Origin: Bacillota bacterium
GTDB taxonomy: Bacteria; Bacillota; Desulfitobacteriia; Desulfitobacteriales; JAJXUE01
Direction: 5' to 3'
Assembly (NCBI GenBank): GCA_021811155.1
Contig: JAJZPO010000001.1
Location: 1,683 to 65,682, forward strand
Length of the DNA stretch: 64,000 bases
Shown piece by piece: positions 34,271-44,545 of the stretch; position 1 is the stretch's first letter, and the number at the start of each line of letters is the position of its first letter. Made by a program: the position numbers and the translations under genes. Below the pieces are notes generated by a model, which saw only the letters and a list, made by a program, of their open reading frames with translations, had not been told where the DNA came from and did no database searches.

Positions 34271-35341
34271 GTGGGATTATTAGAAGAACTAAGCTCTAAG
34301 AGGATTGAGCGCCGCGATTTCTTAAAACTGTGCGGCGCTGTGACAGCGGCCTTTTCCCTGCCGCTTACGTTTCAGGACCATATTGCCTCCGCAGCGGAGC
34401 AGGCCATGGCCAAACCCCGCGTAATCTGGCTCGAGGGCCAGGATTGCGCCGGCTGCAGCGAGTCATTCCTGGCAACGATGAACCCTTCCGTTGCCGAACT
34501 GGTCCTGGACACTTTGTCAATTCGCTATCATGAGACTATTATGGGCGCTTCCGGAGAGGTGGCAGAAAAAGCCCTGCGCGACACCATGAAAGAAGGCGGC
34601 TACATACTGGTGGTCGAAGGTTCCATACCCAAAGCGGACGACCGGTTCTGCCTGGTTGGCGGCAAGCCTTTCCGGGAGACCGTGATGGAAGTGGCGGAGA
34701 ATGCGGCGCTGGTGATTGGCGCCGGGTCCTGCGCCATGTACGGTGGGGGCATTCCGGGTGCCACACCCTCAATGGGTGGCGGAGTTGGGGAATTTGTCAA
34801 GAACAAGCCGCTTATTAACCTGCCGTCCTGCCCGGTGAAACCGTCACGTCTGGTGGCCACTGTTTTGTATTACCTCGCGGCAAAAAAGGCGCCTCCGCTC
34901 GACAGCTACAATAGGCCGGTGGCCTTCTACGGCAGCCTGATCCATGACAACTGCCCCCGGCGGGGCCAGTTTGAAAAGGGCAATTTCCTGACCGACTGGA
35001 ACGATCCGGAACAGCGCGGCTACTGCCTGCTGAAGAAGGGGTGCAAAGGCCCGAAAACCTATTCCGATTGTGCACAGGTCTGGTGGAACGAGGGCGCGAG
35101 TTTCTGCATGAATGCCGGCGCGCCTTGTGCCGGCTGCGGCCAGCCTGAATTCTATAAAGAGTTTTCCCCGCTTTACGCAAACCAGGAAACGTTGGGGATC
35201 GGATTTGGCAAGTCGGTCAATGTTGACACTGCCGGGGCCTTCGTAATCGGGGCTACTGCGGCCGGTGTCGCAGTTCACGGCATAGGCCGGGTCATTGCCG
35301 GAAAAGGTCCGGATGCAAATAAAGAGGATGAATTAGGTTAG
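34271..35341 (+). CDS. [NiFe] hydrogenase small subunit (Tat signal, C-terminal membrane anchor)
   Basis: Twin-arginine signal RRDFLKLCG, proximal-cluster motif WLEGQDCAGCSES, C-terminal hydrophobic helix. SD AGAGGGGG then GTG 34271 (track ATG 34250 has no spacing to an RBS). Confidence 0.9.
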   Translation: MGLLEELSSKRIERRDFLKLCGAVTAAFSLPLTFQDHIASAAEQAMAKPRVIWLEGQDCAGCSESFLATMNPSVAELVLDTLSIRYHETIMGASGEVAEKALRDTMKEGGYILVVEGSIPKADDRFCLVGGKPFRETVMEVAENAALVIGAGSCAMYGGGIPGATPSMGGGVGEFVKNKPLINLPSCPVKPSRLVATVLYYLAAKKAPPLDSYNRPVAFYGSLIHDNCPRRGQFEKGNFLTDWNDPEQRGYCLLKKGCKGPKTYSDCAQVWWNEGASFCMNAGAPCAGCGQPEFYKEFSPLYANQETLGIGFGKSVNVDTAGAFVIGATAAGVAVHGIGRVIAGKGPDANKEDELG

Positions 35342-35356
35342 GGAGGCAGTGAAAGA

Positions 35357-36913
35357 ATGGCTCAAAAGATTATCATAGATCCGGTCACCCGCATCGAAGG
35401 CCACCTGGCCATCGAAGTAGAAGTGGAGGGCGGCAAGGTTAAAAACGCCTGGTCCAAGGGGACAATGTTTCGCGGTCTGGAAGTGCTGCTGCGGGGGAAA
35501 GATCCCCGCGAGGCTTCGTATGTAACCGATAGGGTTTGCGGCGTGTGCACTGGTTCCCACCAATGGGCTTCAGCCCTGGCCCTGGATGACGCTTTCCACG
35601 CCAATGTGCCCGATGGGGGCAGACTTGTGCGCAACCTTATCCTGGGAGCAATCTGGCTGCACGACCATCCGCTTCATTTCTATCACCTCAGCGCGCTGGA
35701 CTACCTGGATGTGATGGCTGTTGCCCAGTACAAGGGGAACGACCCCGGCCTGAACCAGGTAAAGGATAAGCTGGTTAAGCTGGTCCAGATGAAGGACACT
35801 TCGCCCCTGACCCCGCGCTATGAACCGGATGAATTCTGTGTGACAGACCCGGAAATTGTGACCACAGCCGTTGCTCACTATCTTAAGGCTTTGGAAATTC
35901 AGGCAAAGGCCAAGCGGATGGCAGCGCTTCTGGGCGGAAAAGTTCCCCACAATGCCGCGATTGTGGTGGGCGGAGCTACAGTTTATCCGGAACTCCAGCT
36001 GCTGGCCCAATTCCGCAGCCACTTGCAAGAGGTTGCTGATTTTATCGAAAACATCTATATTAAGGACGTCTTGCTCTTTGGCACCGGCCCCCTGCTACCC
36101 CTGGCCAAGGCCGGGGTAGGTGATTCCGGCGGGAATTACCTGAGCTACGGCGGCTTCGCCAATTCCTCAGCTAAAACGGACCTGCACCTACCCGCAGGAG
36201 TTATCATAGATAATCAGTTTGACAAAGTCAGCCAGGTTTCCACCAACATGATTTTGGAGCATGTGTCCCATGCCTGGTATGACAACAACAGTCCCTTGAA
36301 TCCCGCAGAGGGGCAGACCAGCGTTAACCCCAACAAGAGCCAGGGTTACAGTTATATCAAGGCTCCCCGCTATGATGGCAGGGCCATGGAAGTCGGCCCG
36401 CTGGCACGCACGCTGATCTCAAAACCGGCGGAATTCATGCAGCTGCTGCAGCAGGGCGTTAAGCCCGGCGCTGTAGCACGTCATGCGGCGCGCGCTATTG
36501 AGACCGTAAGGCTGGCAAAACAGTTGTTCAAGTGGCTGGATCAACTGGAGAATATGGTTGCGTTGGGACAGTGCAAGATCCACGACACCTCGGCCTGGGA
36601 AGTTCCCAAAAATTCACAAGGGGCCGGCTTGACAGAAGCGCCGCGCGGAGCCCTCGGACACTGGCTGAAAATCGTCGATCAAAAAATCGACAACTATCAA
36701 CTGGTGGTACCCTCAACCTGGAATCTTTCGCCCCGGGATGATAACGGGGGAATGGGGCCGGTTGAGAAGGCCTTGATCGGCGCTCCGGTACCGGATGTCA
36801 GCAATCCCTTGAATGTGGTGAGAATTGTCCGCTCCTTTGACCCGTGCATTTCCTGCGCAGTGCATATCATCGAGCCCAATTCCAATAAAATCCTGGAATT
36901 TAAGGTGAGTTAG
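35357..36913 (+). CDS. [NiFe] hydrogenase large subunit
   Basis: RIEGH, RVCGVCTGSH (N-terminal CxxC) and C-terminal DPCISCAVH followed by a 15-aa cleavable extension. All four metal ligands are Cys. Confidence 0.93.
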   Translation: MAQKIIIDPVTRIEGHLAIEVEVEGGKVKNAWSKGTMFRGLEVLLRGKDPREASYVTDRVCGVCTGSHQWASALALDDAFHANVPDGGRLVRNLILGAIWLHDHPLHFYHLSALDYLDVMAVAQYKGNDPGLNQVKDKLVKLVQMKDTSPLTPRYEPDEFCVTDPEIVTTAVAHYLKALEIQAKAKRMAALLGGKVPHNAAIVVGGATVYPELQLLAQFRSHLQEVADFIENIYIKDVLLFGTGPLLPLAKAGVGDSGGNYLSYGGFANSSAKTDLHLPAGVIIDNQFDKVSQVSTNMILEHVSHAWYDNNSPLNPAEGQTSVNPNKSQGYSYIKAPRYDGRAMEVGPLARTLISKPAEFMQLLQQGVKPGAVARHAARAIETVRLAKQLFKWLDQLENMVALGQCKIHDTSAWEVPKNSQGAGLTEAPRGALGHWLKIVDQKIDNYQLVVPSTWNLSPRDDNGGMGPVEKALIGAPVPDVSNPLNVVRIVRSFDPCISCAVHIIEPNSNKILEFKVS

Positions 36914-36925
36914 GAGGCGAGTTGA

Positions 36926-37519
36926 ATGAGTTCGGTAAAAATTACTCTGCCCCGCCGGCTCTTCCACTGGACCAACCTGATTGCTATTGCAGCCTTGGCG
37001 GTAACCGGCTGGTACATTCATAAGCCCTTCGTTCCCGGCTCTATGGGGCTGGTGCGGCAGATTCATTTTGTCTTTGCTTTTGTCTTTGCCATCAATACTT
37101 TGCTGCGTGTCTACTACGCCTTTACCCCGGCAGGGGACTGGAGGAAATACCTTAAGCCGCAAATCAGCAAAGAAAGGATCAGGCTTGTGTTCAGACACTA
37201 TGCCTTTTATGAACACCTGCCCGAGGGGGAAGAATTCCGCCTGCTGCAAAACGCTTCCTACCTGGCCCTGGTTTTGCTGTTTGGAGTTCAGATTTTCACC
37301 GGCATCCTGATGTATAACCCCGAGGGGGGCGTCACCGGGATTATTAACTGGCTGGGAGGGCTGAGCGCAGTCCGGCAAGCCCACCTCCTGCTGCAATGGG
37401 CATTTATCGCCTTTACTATAATCCATCTATACATGGTGGTTTCTGAAGAACTGTTCCAGGTCAAGAACATTTTCTTTGGCATCACCAGCGGGAAGGAAGG
37501 AGTGGTCAATGAAAGATAA
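36926..37519 (+). CDS. Ni/Fe-hydrogenase b-type cytochrome subunit
   Basis: 197 aa, 4 TM helices. LFHWTNLIAIAALAVTGWYIH and conserved His positions as in HyaC/HupC. Confidence 0.85.
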   Translation: MSSVKITLPRRLFHWTNLIAIAALAVTGWYIHKPFVPGSMGLVRQIHFVFAFVFAINTLLRVYYAFTPAGDWRKYLKPQISKERIRLVFRHYAFYEHLPEGEEFRLLQNASYLALVLLFGVQIFTGILMYNPEGGVTGIINWLGGLSAVRQAHLLLQWAFIAFTIIHLYMVVSEELFQVKNIFFGITSGKEGVVNER

Positions 37520-38009
37520 AGTCCTTGTCTTGGGAGTGGGAAACTCCATCCTAAGCGATGAAGGTATCGGTGTCCACTTAGCACGGCGCCTTGCCGCAGA
37601 AAACCTTCCGGCCAATGTCGAGGTTCAGGACGGTGGAACCCAGGGGCTGGAACTGCTGGATTACATGGATGATGTGGCCAAGTTGATCATTGTGGACTGC
37701 GTTAAGGCCGGCGATGAGCCGGGGAGCATCTTCCGTTTTGAACCGGATGCTATTGACGTCATTCCCCGGCAGTACAAGATTTCATTCCATGACTTGGGGA
37801 TTTATGACTTCCTGCGCATAGCCTCGGCTCTCGACATCCTGCCTCCTACAGTGATTTTCGGCATGGAGCCGGAGAAGATTACGTGGGGCGAGGAGCTTTC
37901 CCCCAGCGTGGAGAGAAAAATGGGCCGTTTGAAGGAACTGGTGCTGGAAGAAATAAACTTGAGTTTAAGCGGGATTAAGTCTAAAATGGAGGTGGCACAG
38001 GCTGTTTGA
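37509..38009 (+). CDS. Hydrogenase maturation endopeptidase (HyaD/HupD/HybD family)
   Basis: MKDKVLVLGVGNSILSDEGIGVH N-terminus with GNxxxxDDG-type motif; ...SFHD. ATG 37509 overlaps the cytochrome b end. Confidence 0.88.
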   Translation: MKDKVLVLGVGNSILSDEGIGVHLARRLAAENLPANVEVQDGGTQGLELLDYMDDVAKLIIVDCVKAGDEPGSIFRFEPDAIDVIPRQYKISFHDLGIYDFLRIASALDILPPTVIFGMEPEKITWGEELSPSVERKMGRLKELVLEEINLSLSGIKSKMEVAQAV

Positions 38010-38055
38010 GCCTTGGCCTAAAAGGGCGGAAGTTCTATACTAAGGGGAGTGGGCT

Positions 38056-38853
38056 GTGTATCCTTTAGCATTGGGATTCCTGGCAGTTCTTATAGTTGGC
38101 GGTGTCATCCTCTTCAGCTTCAGTATCCTGGTGCTCAAAGAATGGGAGCGGGTAGCTGTCCTGACCTTGGGTAAGTACAGTGGACTGAAGGGTCCTGGTT
38201 TGGTGGTGATTTTCCCGCTCATTCAGTCCTTTACCAACAGGATTGACATGCGGGTAAAGACCAGCAAGTTCCAGTCTGAGACTACCCTGACCAAAGACGG
38301 TGTGGCTGTAACCGTTGACGCGGTCCTCTTCTGGCGGGTGGTCGACCCGGAGGAGGCAACTCTGCAGGTAACCAATTACCGGCAGGCAGTTGAGCTGGCG
38401 GCCCAAACCACTCTGCGGGAGGTAATCGGCCGGATGAACCTGGCCCATATTCTCTCGCACCTGGAAGAACTGGACATCACCTTAAAAGAAATTATTGCCC
38501 GCAAAGTACTGCAATGGGGCATTGAGGCCAAGGCTGTTGAAATCCGGGATGTACAGATTCCTGAGGAATTGCAGGAGGTCATGTCGCGGGCGGCCCAGGC
38601 TGAACGGGAAAAAGAGGCCAGGATTACCTACGGCGAGGCTGAGGTAGAGGTAGCCAAGAAGTTTGTGGAGGCAGCCGCCATTTATGCCGCCGATCCCAAC
38701 GCCATGCAGCTTCGGGCTATGAACATTATGTACGAAGCCTTTAAGCGGGACAAGAATACCGTTATCGTGACTCCCACCAATGTGACCGAATCCCTTAACC
38801 CCAATACCCTGTGGGCTGTGTGGAACAAGCCTGAAGATACAAAGCAGGAATAG
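38056..38853 (+). CDS. SPFH/band-7 (stomatin-like) membrane protein
   Basis: N-terminal TM helix then LKEWERVAVLTLGKYSGLKGPGLVVIFPLIQ...; coiled-coil AQAEREKEARI. GTG start behind AAGGGGAG. Confidence 0.85.
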   Translation: MYPLALGFLAVLIVGGVILFSFSILVLKEWERVAVLTLGKYSGLKGPGLVVIFPLIQSFTNRIDMRVKTSKFQSETTLTKDGVAVTVDAVLFWRVVDPEEATLQVTNYRQAVELAAQTTLREVIGRMNLAHILSHLEELDITLKEIIARKVLQWGIEAKAVEIRDVQIPEELQEVMSRAAQAEREKEARITYGEAEVEVAKKFVEAAAIYAADPNAMQLRAMNIMYEAFKRDKNTVIVTPTNVTESLNPNTLWAVWNKPEDTKQE

Positions 38854-38875
38854 GACGCATGTCCTTAGAGGGAAT

Positions 38876-38909
38876 AAAAAGCTCGCCCGGCCAGCCGGGC
38901 GAGCTTTTT
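38876..38909. terminator. Bidirectional rho-independent terminator
   Basis: AAAAAGCTCGCCCGG, loop CCAG, CCGGGCGAGCTTTTT: a 15-bp perfect stem flanked by A and T runs, between convergent genes. Confidence 0.85.
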
Positions 38910-39104
38910 ATACCTCAGGAAACAACCATGACCTACGCATGCATTCCTTGGCTGACGGTCAGCACGGCGGCTCGGGACTTCCAGGAGCCAGGTGAAAATT
39001 TGCTCCGGAAGAGTTCATCCTCCCTGAAGCAGCTTAACTTCCAAGTAGCGTTTTTCGTAAGAAAGTATATACTCGGCAGTAGGGTGCGGCACAAAGAGCG
39101 GTTT

Positions 39105-40064
39105 CTAGTGGGTGTAGAAAGGCCTGGTAACTTTGGCGGCAAACTGCCTTAAGGTAGTTTTCGGACCAATAAAGATCCTGGGGATTGCGTAAGGATTATT
39201 ATCCGGCCTGACCCAACCGGGATTGGTCGAAAAAGCAAGCACAAAACCATTCGACTTAAGCGCCCGGATGGCGTTGTCATTGTACCTGCCGCAGGGATAG
39301 GCAAAGTAAATGAGTGATTTACCCGGCAATGCCTGCTCCAATACTGCGTTACACTGCTTCAGTTCCAGTGTTTGCTGCTCTTGGGCGAGGGCAGCCAAAT
39401 CAGGGTGACTGAAAGTATGATTGCCAATGTCCCATCCGGCCGCGGCTAAGGTCTTGATGTCGTCCAGGCTGACGGAGCCGCTTTGTCCGACGAAGCCGCC
39501 AATGACAAAGACCGCAGCAGTAAAACCATGCTCAGCAAGTATGGGCAGGGCCGTGGTCAGATTATCCTGGTTTCCATCGTCGAAGGTAATCAAAACGGAC
39601 TTTGGCGGTAACGGCTTGTTTTCCAGCAGGTAATCCCCTAATTGCGCCAACTTAACGGTGTGAAACCCTCTAAGGCGCAGGTAGTCCATCTGTTCGCGGA
39701 AATTGTTGACCGGTACAGCCAAGTTGTATTTGTCAGGGTTATCACTGATGCGGTGATACATCAAGACGGGCAGAGCGAAGCTGTTGACGCGTTTGGGCAG
39801 GGGCTTCCCACGCGCCTCAAAGGCTTGCGCCGGTGCCGGGGTGGGAAGAAACCGGCTGCTGAATTTTTCTGCCAACACTTCGTCCCTTTTGGGGTGCACA
39901 GGTTCATTGAACTGCCGGGCCGCCTCCCATGTTGCCGCTGGAGGTTCCGGGTAAAAAAAGGACATAATTCCCGGCACGGTTACGAACATCAAAAAGATAA
40001 AAACAAAGAGAGCGATTGGCAACCACTCTGCCCACAGGACATCAAAATTCAGCTCTTTCTTCAA
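39105..40064 (-). CDS. Polysaccharide deacetylase (NodB/CE4 family), membrane-anchored
   Basis: N-terminal TM helix; VLMYHRI...; LITFDDGNQD (NodB motif 1); HTFSHPDL (motif 2). TTG start at 40064. Confidence 0.85.
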   Translation of the reverse strand: MKKELNFDVLWAEWLPIALFVFIFLMFVTVPGIMSFFYPEPPAATWEAARQFNEPVHPKRDEVLAEKFSSRFLPTPAPAQAFEARGKPLPKRVNSFALPVLMYHRISDNPDKYNLAVPVNNFREQMDYLRLRGFHTVKLAQLGDYLLENKPLPPKSVLITFDDGNQDNLTTALPILAEHGFTAAVFVIGGFVGQSGSVSLDDIKTLAAAGWDIGNHTFSHPDLAALAQEQQTLELKQCNAVLEQALPGKSLIYFAYPCGRYNDNAIRALKSNGFVLAFSTNPGWVRPDNNPYAIPRIFIGPKTTLRQFAAKVTRPFYTH

Positions 40065-40186
40065 ACTCTCTCTTCACCTGTCTTTCTCTCACCGCAGAGA
40101 GCGTTAGTACATCAGTTTATTCGTTGCGAACTTTCTATTTCCTGCATAGAGAGGATTATATAGCTAGTAACCTGTCCTTAATTTGC

Positions 40187-40215
40187 TTGACTTTCCAGCA
40201 TAAATTATCTATAAT
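40187..40215 (+). promoter_or_regulatory. Near-consensus sigma-A promoter about 300 nt upstream of tig
   Basis: TTGACT (40187-40192), 17 nt, TATAAT (40210-40215), read directly. Confidence 0.6.
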
Positions 40216-40520
40216 AAACTCTACCCTCGCGGGTGTGGCTCGCTCTATGAGTGTCGCTTGGCGCATTGCCAAGTTTTCTTTTCGTTCAGGAAAACATCCG
40301 AACCGCATCCAAGAATTCAGAATACTTGGAGATGAAAAAGGGAATTGAAATATAGTTCGCGGTCCGGATTGGCAGGAAATAACCCCCCACCGTAGAATAA
40401 AGTATGGCATGGCGCGGGGTGCCAGGGAGGAATCGAAATAATTTAGTAATTTCTGGTTAGAATAGATAAGGTACGCATAATTTGGACACTACATATACAT
40501 GACCTTAAGGAGGAGCATTA

Positions 40521-41801
40521 ATGGCTGTAAAAGTGGATAGAATAGAGAAGAATCGCGTGGCTCTGGAAATCACGGTCGCTGCTGCTGATTTTCAGCAAGC
40601 TTACGACCGGGCTTATAAAAAGCTTGCGGGCAGGGTAAATATTCCGGGTTTCCGCAAAGGCAAAGCCCCTAAGGCGGTCATCGAAGCCCGGGTAGGCAAA
40701 GAAGCCATTTTGGAAGAGGCATATGAGTTTGCCATCCCTGACGCTTACAGCAAGGCAATCGACGAGAGTGGCATCGAGCCGGTGGACCATCCCGAGGTCG
40801 ACGTTGTAAGCGGTGAAGCAGGCAAGGACATGGTGTTCAAGGCTACTGTGGTTGTCAAACCGGAAGTGGAACTGGGCCAGTACAAGGGCCTGGGTGTTGA
40901 GAAAACCGCAGTCACGGTTGATGATGCTCAGGTGGACAGTCAGATTAAGTCCATGCAGGAACGCCACGCCAAAATCACCGACATTGAGGAAGGCAAGGTA
41001 GAAGACGGGGATACGGCTGTGATTGATTTTGAGGGTTTTGTTAACGACGAGGCTTTCCCCGGCGGCAAAGGGACGGATTATCCCCTGGTCATCGGCTCCA
41101 ACACCTTTATTCCCGGTTTCGAAGAGCAGCTCGTCGGCGCTTTGATAGGTGCGGAACTTGATGTCAAAGTAACTTTCCCGGTGGAATACCACTCGACGGA
41201 TTTGGCCGGAAAAGATGCGATGTTCAAGGTCAGCGTCAAGGGGATCAAGCGCAAAGAGCTCACACCTTTGGATGACGAGTTTGCCAAAGACGTCAGTGAA
41301 TTTGAAACCCTGGAGGAATTAAAGGCTGACATCAGGAGTAAGCTGTTAAAGACGGGCGAAGATAAAGCGGAAAAGGATTTCCGCAATGCCGTGGTAGCCA
41401 AGGCTGTTGAAAATGCCGCTGTTGAGATCCCAGAGGTGATGGTGGACCAGCGTGTGGCAGAGATGGTGAATGATTTGGCGCAGCGCCTGAAGTATCAGGG
41501 CCTGTCATTTGAACAATACCTGGAGTACGCCGGGACAAACCTGCAGGAAATGCAGGACAAATACCGGCCGCAAGCTGAACAAAGCGTAAAAGCTGAATTG
41601 ATTCTGGAAGCCGTCGCCAGACAGGAAGGTATTGAGGCTTCCGATGCAGAAATACAGGCAGAGATTGAAAAGTATGCGGAGCAGTACAAACAAGATGCGG
41701 CTCAGTTCCGCTCTGCATTGGAAAAACGCGGCGAGCTGAAATTGTTCAGCCGGGGCTTGGTGAACGACAAAACTGTGGAATTCCTGGCAGCTAACAATTA
41801 G
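40521..41801 (+). CDS. tig: Trigger factor
   Basis: MAVKVDRIEKNRVALEITV..., GFRKGKAP ribosome-binding signature, central FKBP PPIase domain, 426 aa. Confidence 0.93.
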   Translation: MAVKVDRIEKNRVALEITVAAADFQQAYDRAYKKLAGRVNIPGFRKGKAPKAVIEARVGKEAILEEAYEFAIPDAYSKAIDESGIEPVDHPEVDVVSGEAGKDMVFKATVVVKPEVELGQYKGLGVEKTAVTVDDAQVDSQIKSMQERHAKITDIEEGKVEDGDTAVIDFEGFVNDEAFPGGKGTDYPLVIGSNTFIPGFEEQLVGALIGAELDVKVTFPVEYHSTDLAGKDAMFKVSVKGIKRKELTPLDDEFAKDVSEFETLEELKADIRSKLLKTGEDKAEKDFRNAVVAKAVENAAVEIPEVMVDQRVAEMVNDLAQRLKYQGLSFEQYLEYAGTNLQEMQDKYRPQAEQSVKAELILEAVARQEGIEASDAEIQAEIEKYAEQYKQDAAQFRSALEKRGELKLFSRGLVNDKTVEFLAANN

Positions 41802-41840
41802 GCCTGCCTAAATTGTAAAAGAAGAGAGGTGTAAGTATTC

Positions 41841-42443
41841 ATGTCTACCTTAGTACCTATGGTAGTAGAACAAACTAACCGGGGAGAGCGGGCCTATGAC
41901 ATCTATTCCCGCTTGCTAAAGGACAGAATTATCTTCATCGGCGGACCAATCAACGATCTGGTGGCCAATCTGGTTATTGCCCAGATGCTGTTTTTGGAGG
42001 CTGAAGATCCTGACAAGGACATTTTCCTTTACATCAACAGCCCGGGAGGGTCTATTACATCGGGTATGGCAATGTATGATACCATGCAGCATGTGAGACC
42101 TGATGTGCAGACCATCTGCGTGGGCATGGCTGCCAGCATGGGTGCTTTCCTTCTCGCAGCCGGAGCTAAGGGCAAACGCTATGCCCTGCCCAATAGCGAA
42201 ATCATGATTCATCAGCCTTTAATGAGCGGTCTTGGCGGTCAGGCCACCGAAATTGAAATTCATGCTAAGCATTTGGTCCGGACCAGGGAACGGTTGAATA
42301 ACATTTTAGCGGAGAGAACCGGTCAACCGCTCGAGAAGATCGGGAGGGACACCGACAGGGACTATTTCATGACGGCCGAAGAGGCCAAGGAATACGGACT
42401 TGTGGACGGGGTGATGGTCAAGCCGCAGAAAAAGGCCAAGTAG
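41841..42443 (+). CDS. clpP: ATP-dependent Clp protease proteolytic subunit
   Basis: [25 protein letters not shown]..., catalytic GMAASMGA (Ser) and IMIHQP (His). Confidence 0.95.
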   Translation: MSTLVPMVVEQTNRGERAYDIYSRLLKDRIIFIGGPINDLVANLVIAQMLFLEAEDPDKDIFLYINSPGGSITSGMAMYDTMQHVRPDVQTICVGMAASMGAFLLAAGAKGKRYALPNSEIMIHQPLMSGLGGQATEIEIHAKHLVRTRERLNNILAERTGQPLEKIGRDTDRDYFMTAEEAKEYGLVDGVMVKPQKKAK

Positions 42444-42464
42444 AGCCGGTAGAGAGGTGATATT

Positions 42465-43724
42465 ATGTACAAGAATACCGACGAGAAAAGCCAACTCAAG
42501 TGTTCTTTCTGTGGCAAACTTCAGGACCAGGTAAAGAAGTTGGTTGCCGGCCCGGGTGTATATATCTGCGACGAGTGTATTGAACTCTGCAATGAGATTA
42601 TTGAAGAGGAATTGAGCGAAGACCTTGGCTTTGAAATGAGCGATGTGCCCAAGCCCAAGGAAATCCGCGACATTCTCGACCAGTATGTAATCGGTCAGGA
42701 TCCTGCCAAGAAGGCTCTTGCCGTTGCGGTCTATAATCACTACAAGCGTATCAACCTGGGCATGAAGATTGACGACGTAGAGTTGCAGAAGTCAAATATT
42801 CTGATGCTTGGTCCCACCGGGTCAGGCAAGACCCTCCTGGCTTCAACTTTAGCCAAGGTGCTCAATGTTCCCTTTGCAATTGCCGATGCCACCTCCCTGA
42901 CTGAGGCCGGCTACGTGGGCGAGGACGTGGAAAACATCCTGCTCAAGCTGATTCAGGCTGCGGACTATGATGTGGAAAAGGCTGAGAAAGGGATTGTTTA
43001 CATCGACGAGGTGGATAAAATCGCCCGCAAGTCGGAAAATCCCTCTATCACCCGGGACGTTTCCGGTGAGGGAGTACAGCAGGCCCTGCTGAAGATTCTG
43101 GAGGGAACGGTAGCCAGTGTTCCGCCCCAGGGCGGCCGCAAACACCCCCATCAGGAATTCATCCAGCTGGACACCACCAATATCCTATTTATCTGCGGCG
43201 GCGCCTTTGACGGTGTGGAAAAGATCATTCAGAACAGGATTGGCAAGAAAGTCCTGGGCTTTGGCGCCGAAATCAAGAGTAAGCAGGAAGGGCAGATCGG
43301 GGATACCCTGAAGCAAATCCTGCCGGCAGACCTGCTCAGGTTCGGGCTTATCCCTGAGTTTGTGGGCCGCCTGCCCGTAATTGTGACTTTGGACGCCCTG
43401 GATGAGCAAGCGCTGATCCAGATTCTGACCGAGCCGAAAAACGCCCTGGTCAAACAGTATCAGAAACTGTGCGAACTTGACGGGGTAACCCTTGAGTTCA
43501 AGGAAGAGGCGCTGAAGGCCATCGCGGAAGAAGCTATCAAGCGGAATACCGGGGCCAGGGGGCTTCGGGCCATCGTGGAGGAACTCATGCTGAATGTGAT
43601 GTATGACATTCCTTCCCGTACCGATGTCACCAAGTGCATCATCACCAAGGATGTGGTCCAGAAGAAGGAAGAACCTCTCCTGGTCACCGTGGACAAGAAG
43701 AAGAAAAAAGAAGAAACAGCCTAA
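42465..43724 (+). CDS. clpX: ATP-dependent Clp protease ATP-binding subunit ClpX
   Basis: N-terminal zinc finger CSFCGK...CDECIELC, Walker [18 protein letters not shown] Walker B. Confidence 0.95.
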   Translation: MYKNTDEKSQLKCSFCGKLQDQVKKLVAGPGVYICDECIELCNEIIEEELSEDLGFEMSDVPKPKEIRDILDQYVIGQDPAKKALAVAVYNHYKRINLGMKIDDVELQKSNILMLGPTGSGKTLLASTLAKVLNVPFAIADATSLTEAGYVGEDVENILLKLIQAADYDVEKAEKGIVYIDEVDKIARKSENPSITRDVSGEGVQQALLKILEGTVASVPPQGGRKHPHQEFIQLDTTNILFICGGAFDGVEKIIQNRIGKKVLGFGAEIKSKQEGQIGDTLKQILPADLLRFGLIPEFVGRLPVIVTLDALDEQALIQILTEPKNALVKQYQKLCELDGVTLEFKEEALKAIAEEAIKRNTGARGLRAIVEELMLNVMYDIPSRTDVTKCIITKDVVQKKEEPLLVTVDKKKKKEETA

Positions 43725-43736
43725 ACCAACAACAAG

Positions 43737-43771
43737 AAACCTGGCAGCTCCGCAAGCCCGCCGGGTTTTTT
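43737..43771 (+). terminator. Putative terminator after clpX
   Basis: AAACCTGG pairs with CCGGGTTT (8 bp including one G-U), with a 16-nt loop, followed by a T run. Weak geometry. Confidence 0.4.
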
Positions 43772-43816
43772 GTCGAAGTTTCTAGGTACCTGGAACCATA
43801 AAGGGAGTCGAGAGAA

Positions 43817-44545
43817 ATGACGCTTAATTATGCCCACCGCGGAGCGAGCGGATATTATCCTGAAAACACAATGCCGGCCTTCATTAAGGCGGTGGAAATG
43901 GGCTGCGACGGGATTGAAACCGATGTCCAGATGACCAAAGACGGGGTTTTGGTTTTAATCCACGATGAAACCGTGAACAGGACGACCGGAGGGATTGGCT
44001 TCGTCAAAGATTTCATGTACCGGGAGCTTTGCCGGCTGGATGCGGGCGCTTGGTTTGCGCGTGAGTTTTCCGGGGCCAAAGTGCCGACGGCGGAGGAGCT
44101 GCTGCTTTTGGCCAAGGATACCGGGATCTGGATCAATTTTGAGATCAAGACAGGGATCGTGCAGTATGAGGGTATCGAGGAAAAGTTGATTGATTTGATT
44201 CACCGCTATGGGTGGCAGGACAGGGTGATTCTCTCCAGCTTTAACCACTACTCCATGGTCAGGGTGAAAGAAATCGCCGGCAGCATTAAAACCGGACTCT
44301 TATACATGGAAGGCTTGTATAAACCGGCGCGCTACGCCAAATCTACCGGCGCCGACGCGCTCCATCCCTATTTCTATGCCCTAAACGAGGAGGTTGTGCG
44401 GGAAATCAAAGCGGAAGGTCTGCTGATCAACCCGTTTACCGTAAATGATTCCGCTGTAATGGGGCAGTTGCTTCAGCTTGGCGTTGACGGCATCATCACC
44501 AACTACCCGGACAAACTGAGAGCGATTGCGGAGGGTTTTCGATGA
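43817..44545 (+). CDS. glpQ: Glycerophosphodiester phosphodiesterase
   Basis: AHRGASGYYPENT...IETDVQMTKDGVLVLIHDETVNRTT are GDPD-family catalytic motifs. Confidence 0.88.
   Translation: MTLNYAHRGASGYYPENTMPAFIKAVEMGCDGIETDVQMTKDGVLVLIHDETVNRTTGGIGFVKDFMYRELCRLDAGAWFAREFSGAKVPTAEELLLLAKDTGIWINFEIKTGIVQYEGIEEKLIDLIHRYGWQDRVILSSFNHYSMVRVKEIAGSIKTGLLYMEGLYKPARYAKSTGADALHPYFYALNEEVVREIKAEGLLINPFTVNDSAVMGQLLQLGVDGIITNYPDKLRAIAEGFR

Noticed and set aside
36860-36913. Possible [NiFeSe] hydrogenase with an in-frame UGA selenocysteine in the large subunit.
   Set aside because: The C-terminal motif reads DPCISCAVH with TGC/TGT Cys codons, and the ORF has no internal TGA. It is a standard [NiFe] enzyme.
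38859-39152. ORFs 38859-39152(+) and 38933-39142(-) between the SPFH and deacetylase genes.
   Set aside because: The + ORF starts inside the bidirectional terminator hairpin. Neither ORF has an RBS or recognisable motifs. The region is best read as 3' UTR or intergenic DNA.
40340-40400. SRP (4.5S/scRNA)-like words GGTCCGGA…GGCAGG…CCCCCCACC.
   Set aside because: The conserved domain IV layout (GNAR tetraloop closed by symmetric and asymmetric loops with AGCA/GGAA elements) and a long closing helix could not be built from the sequence. The resemblance is limited to short G/C-rich words.
40016-40410. ORFs 40016-40348(+) and 40156-40410(-) upstream of tig.
   Set aside because: There are no RBS and no motifs. 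The + ORF begins inside the deacetylase gene on the opposite strand. The region is treated instead as a promoter plus leader or possible sRNA.
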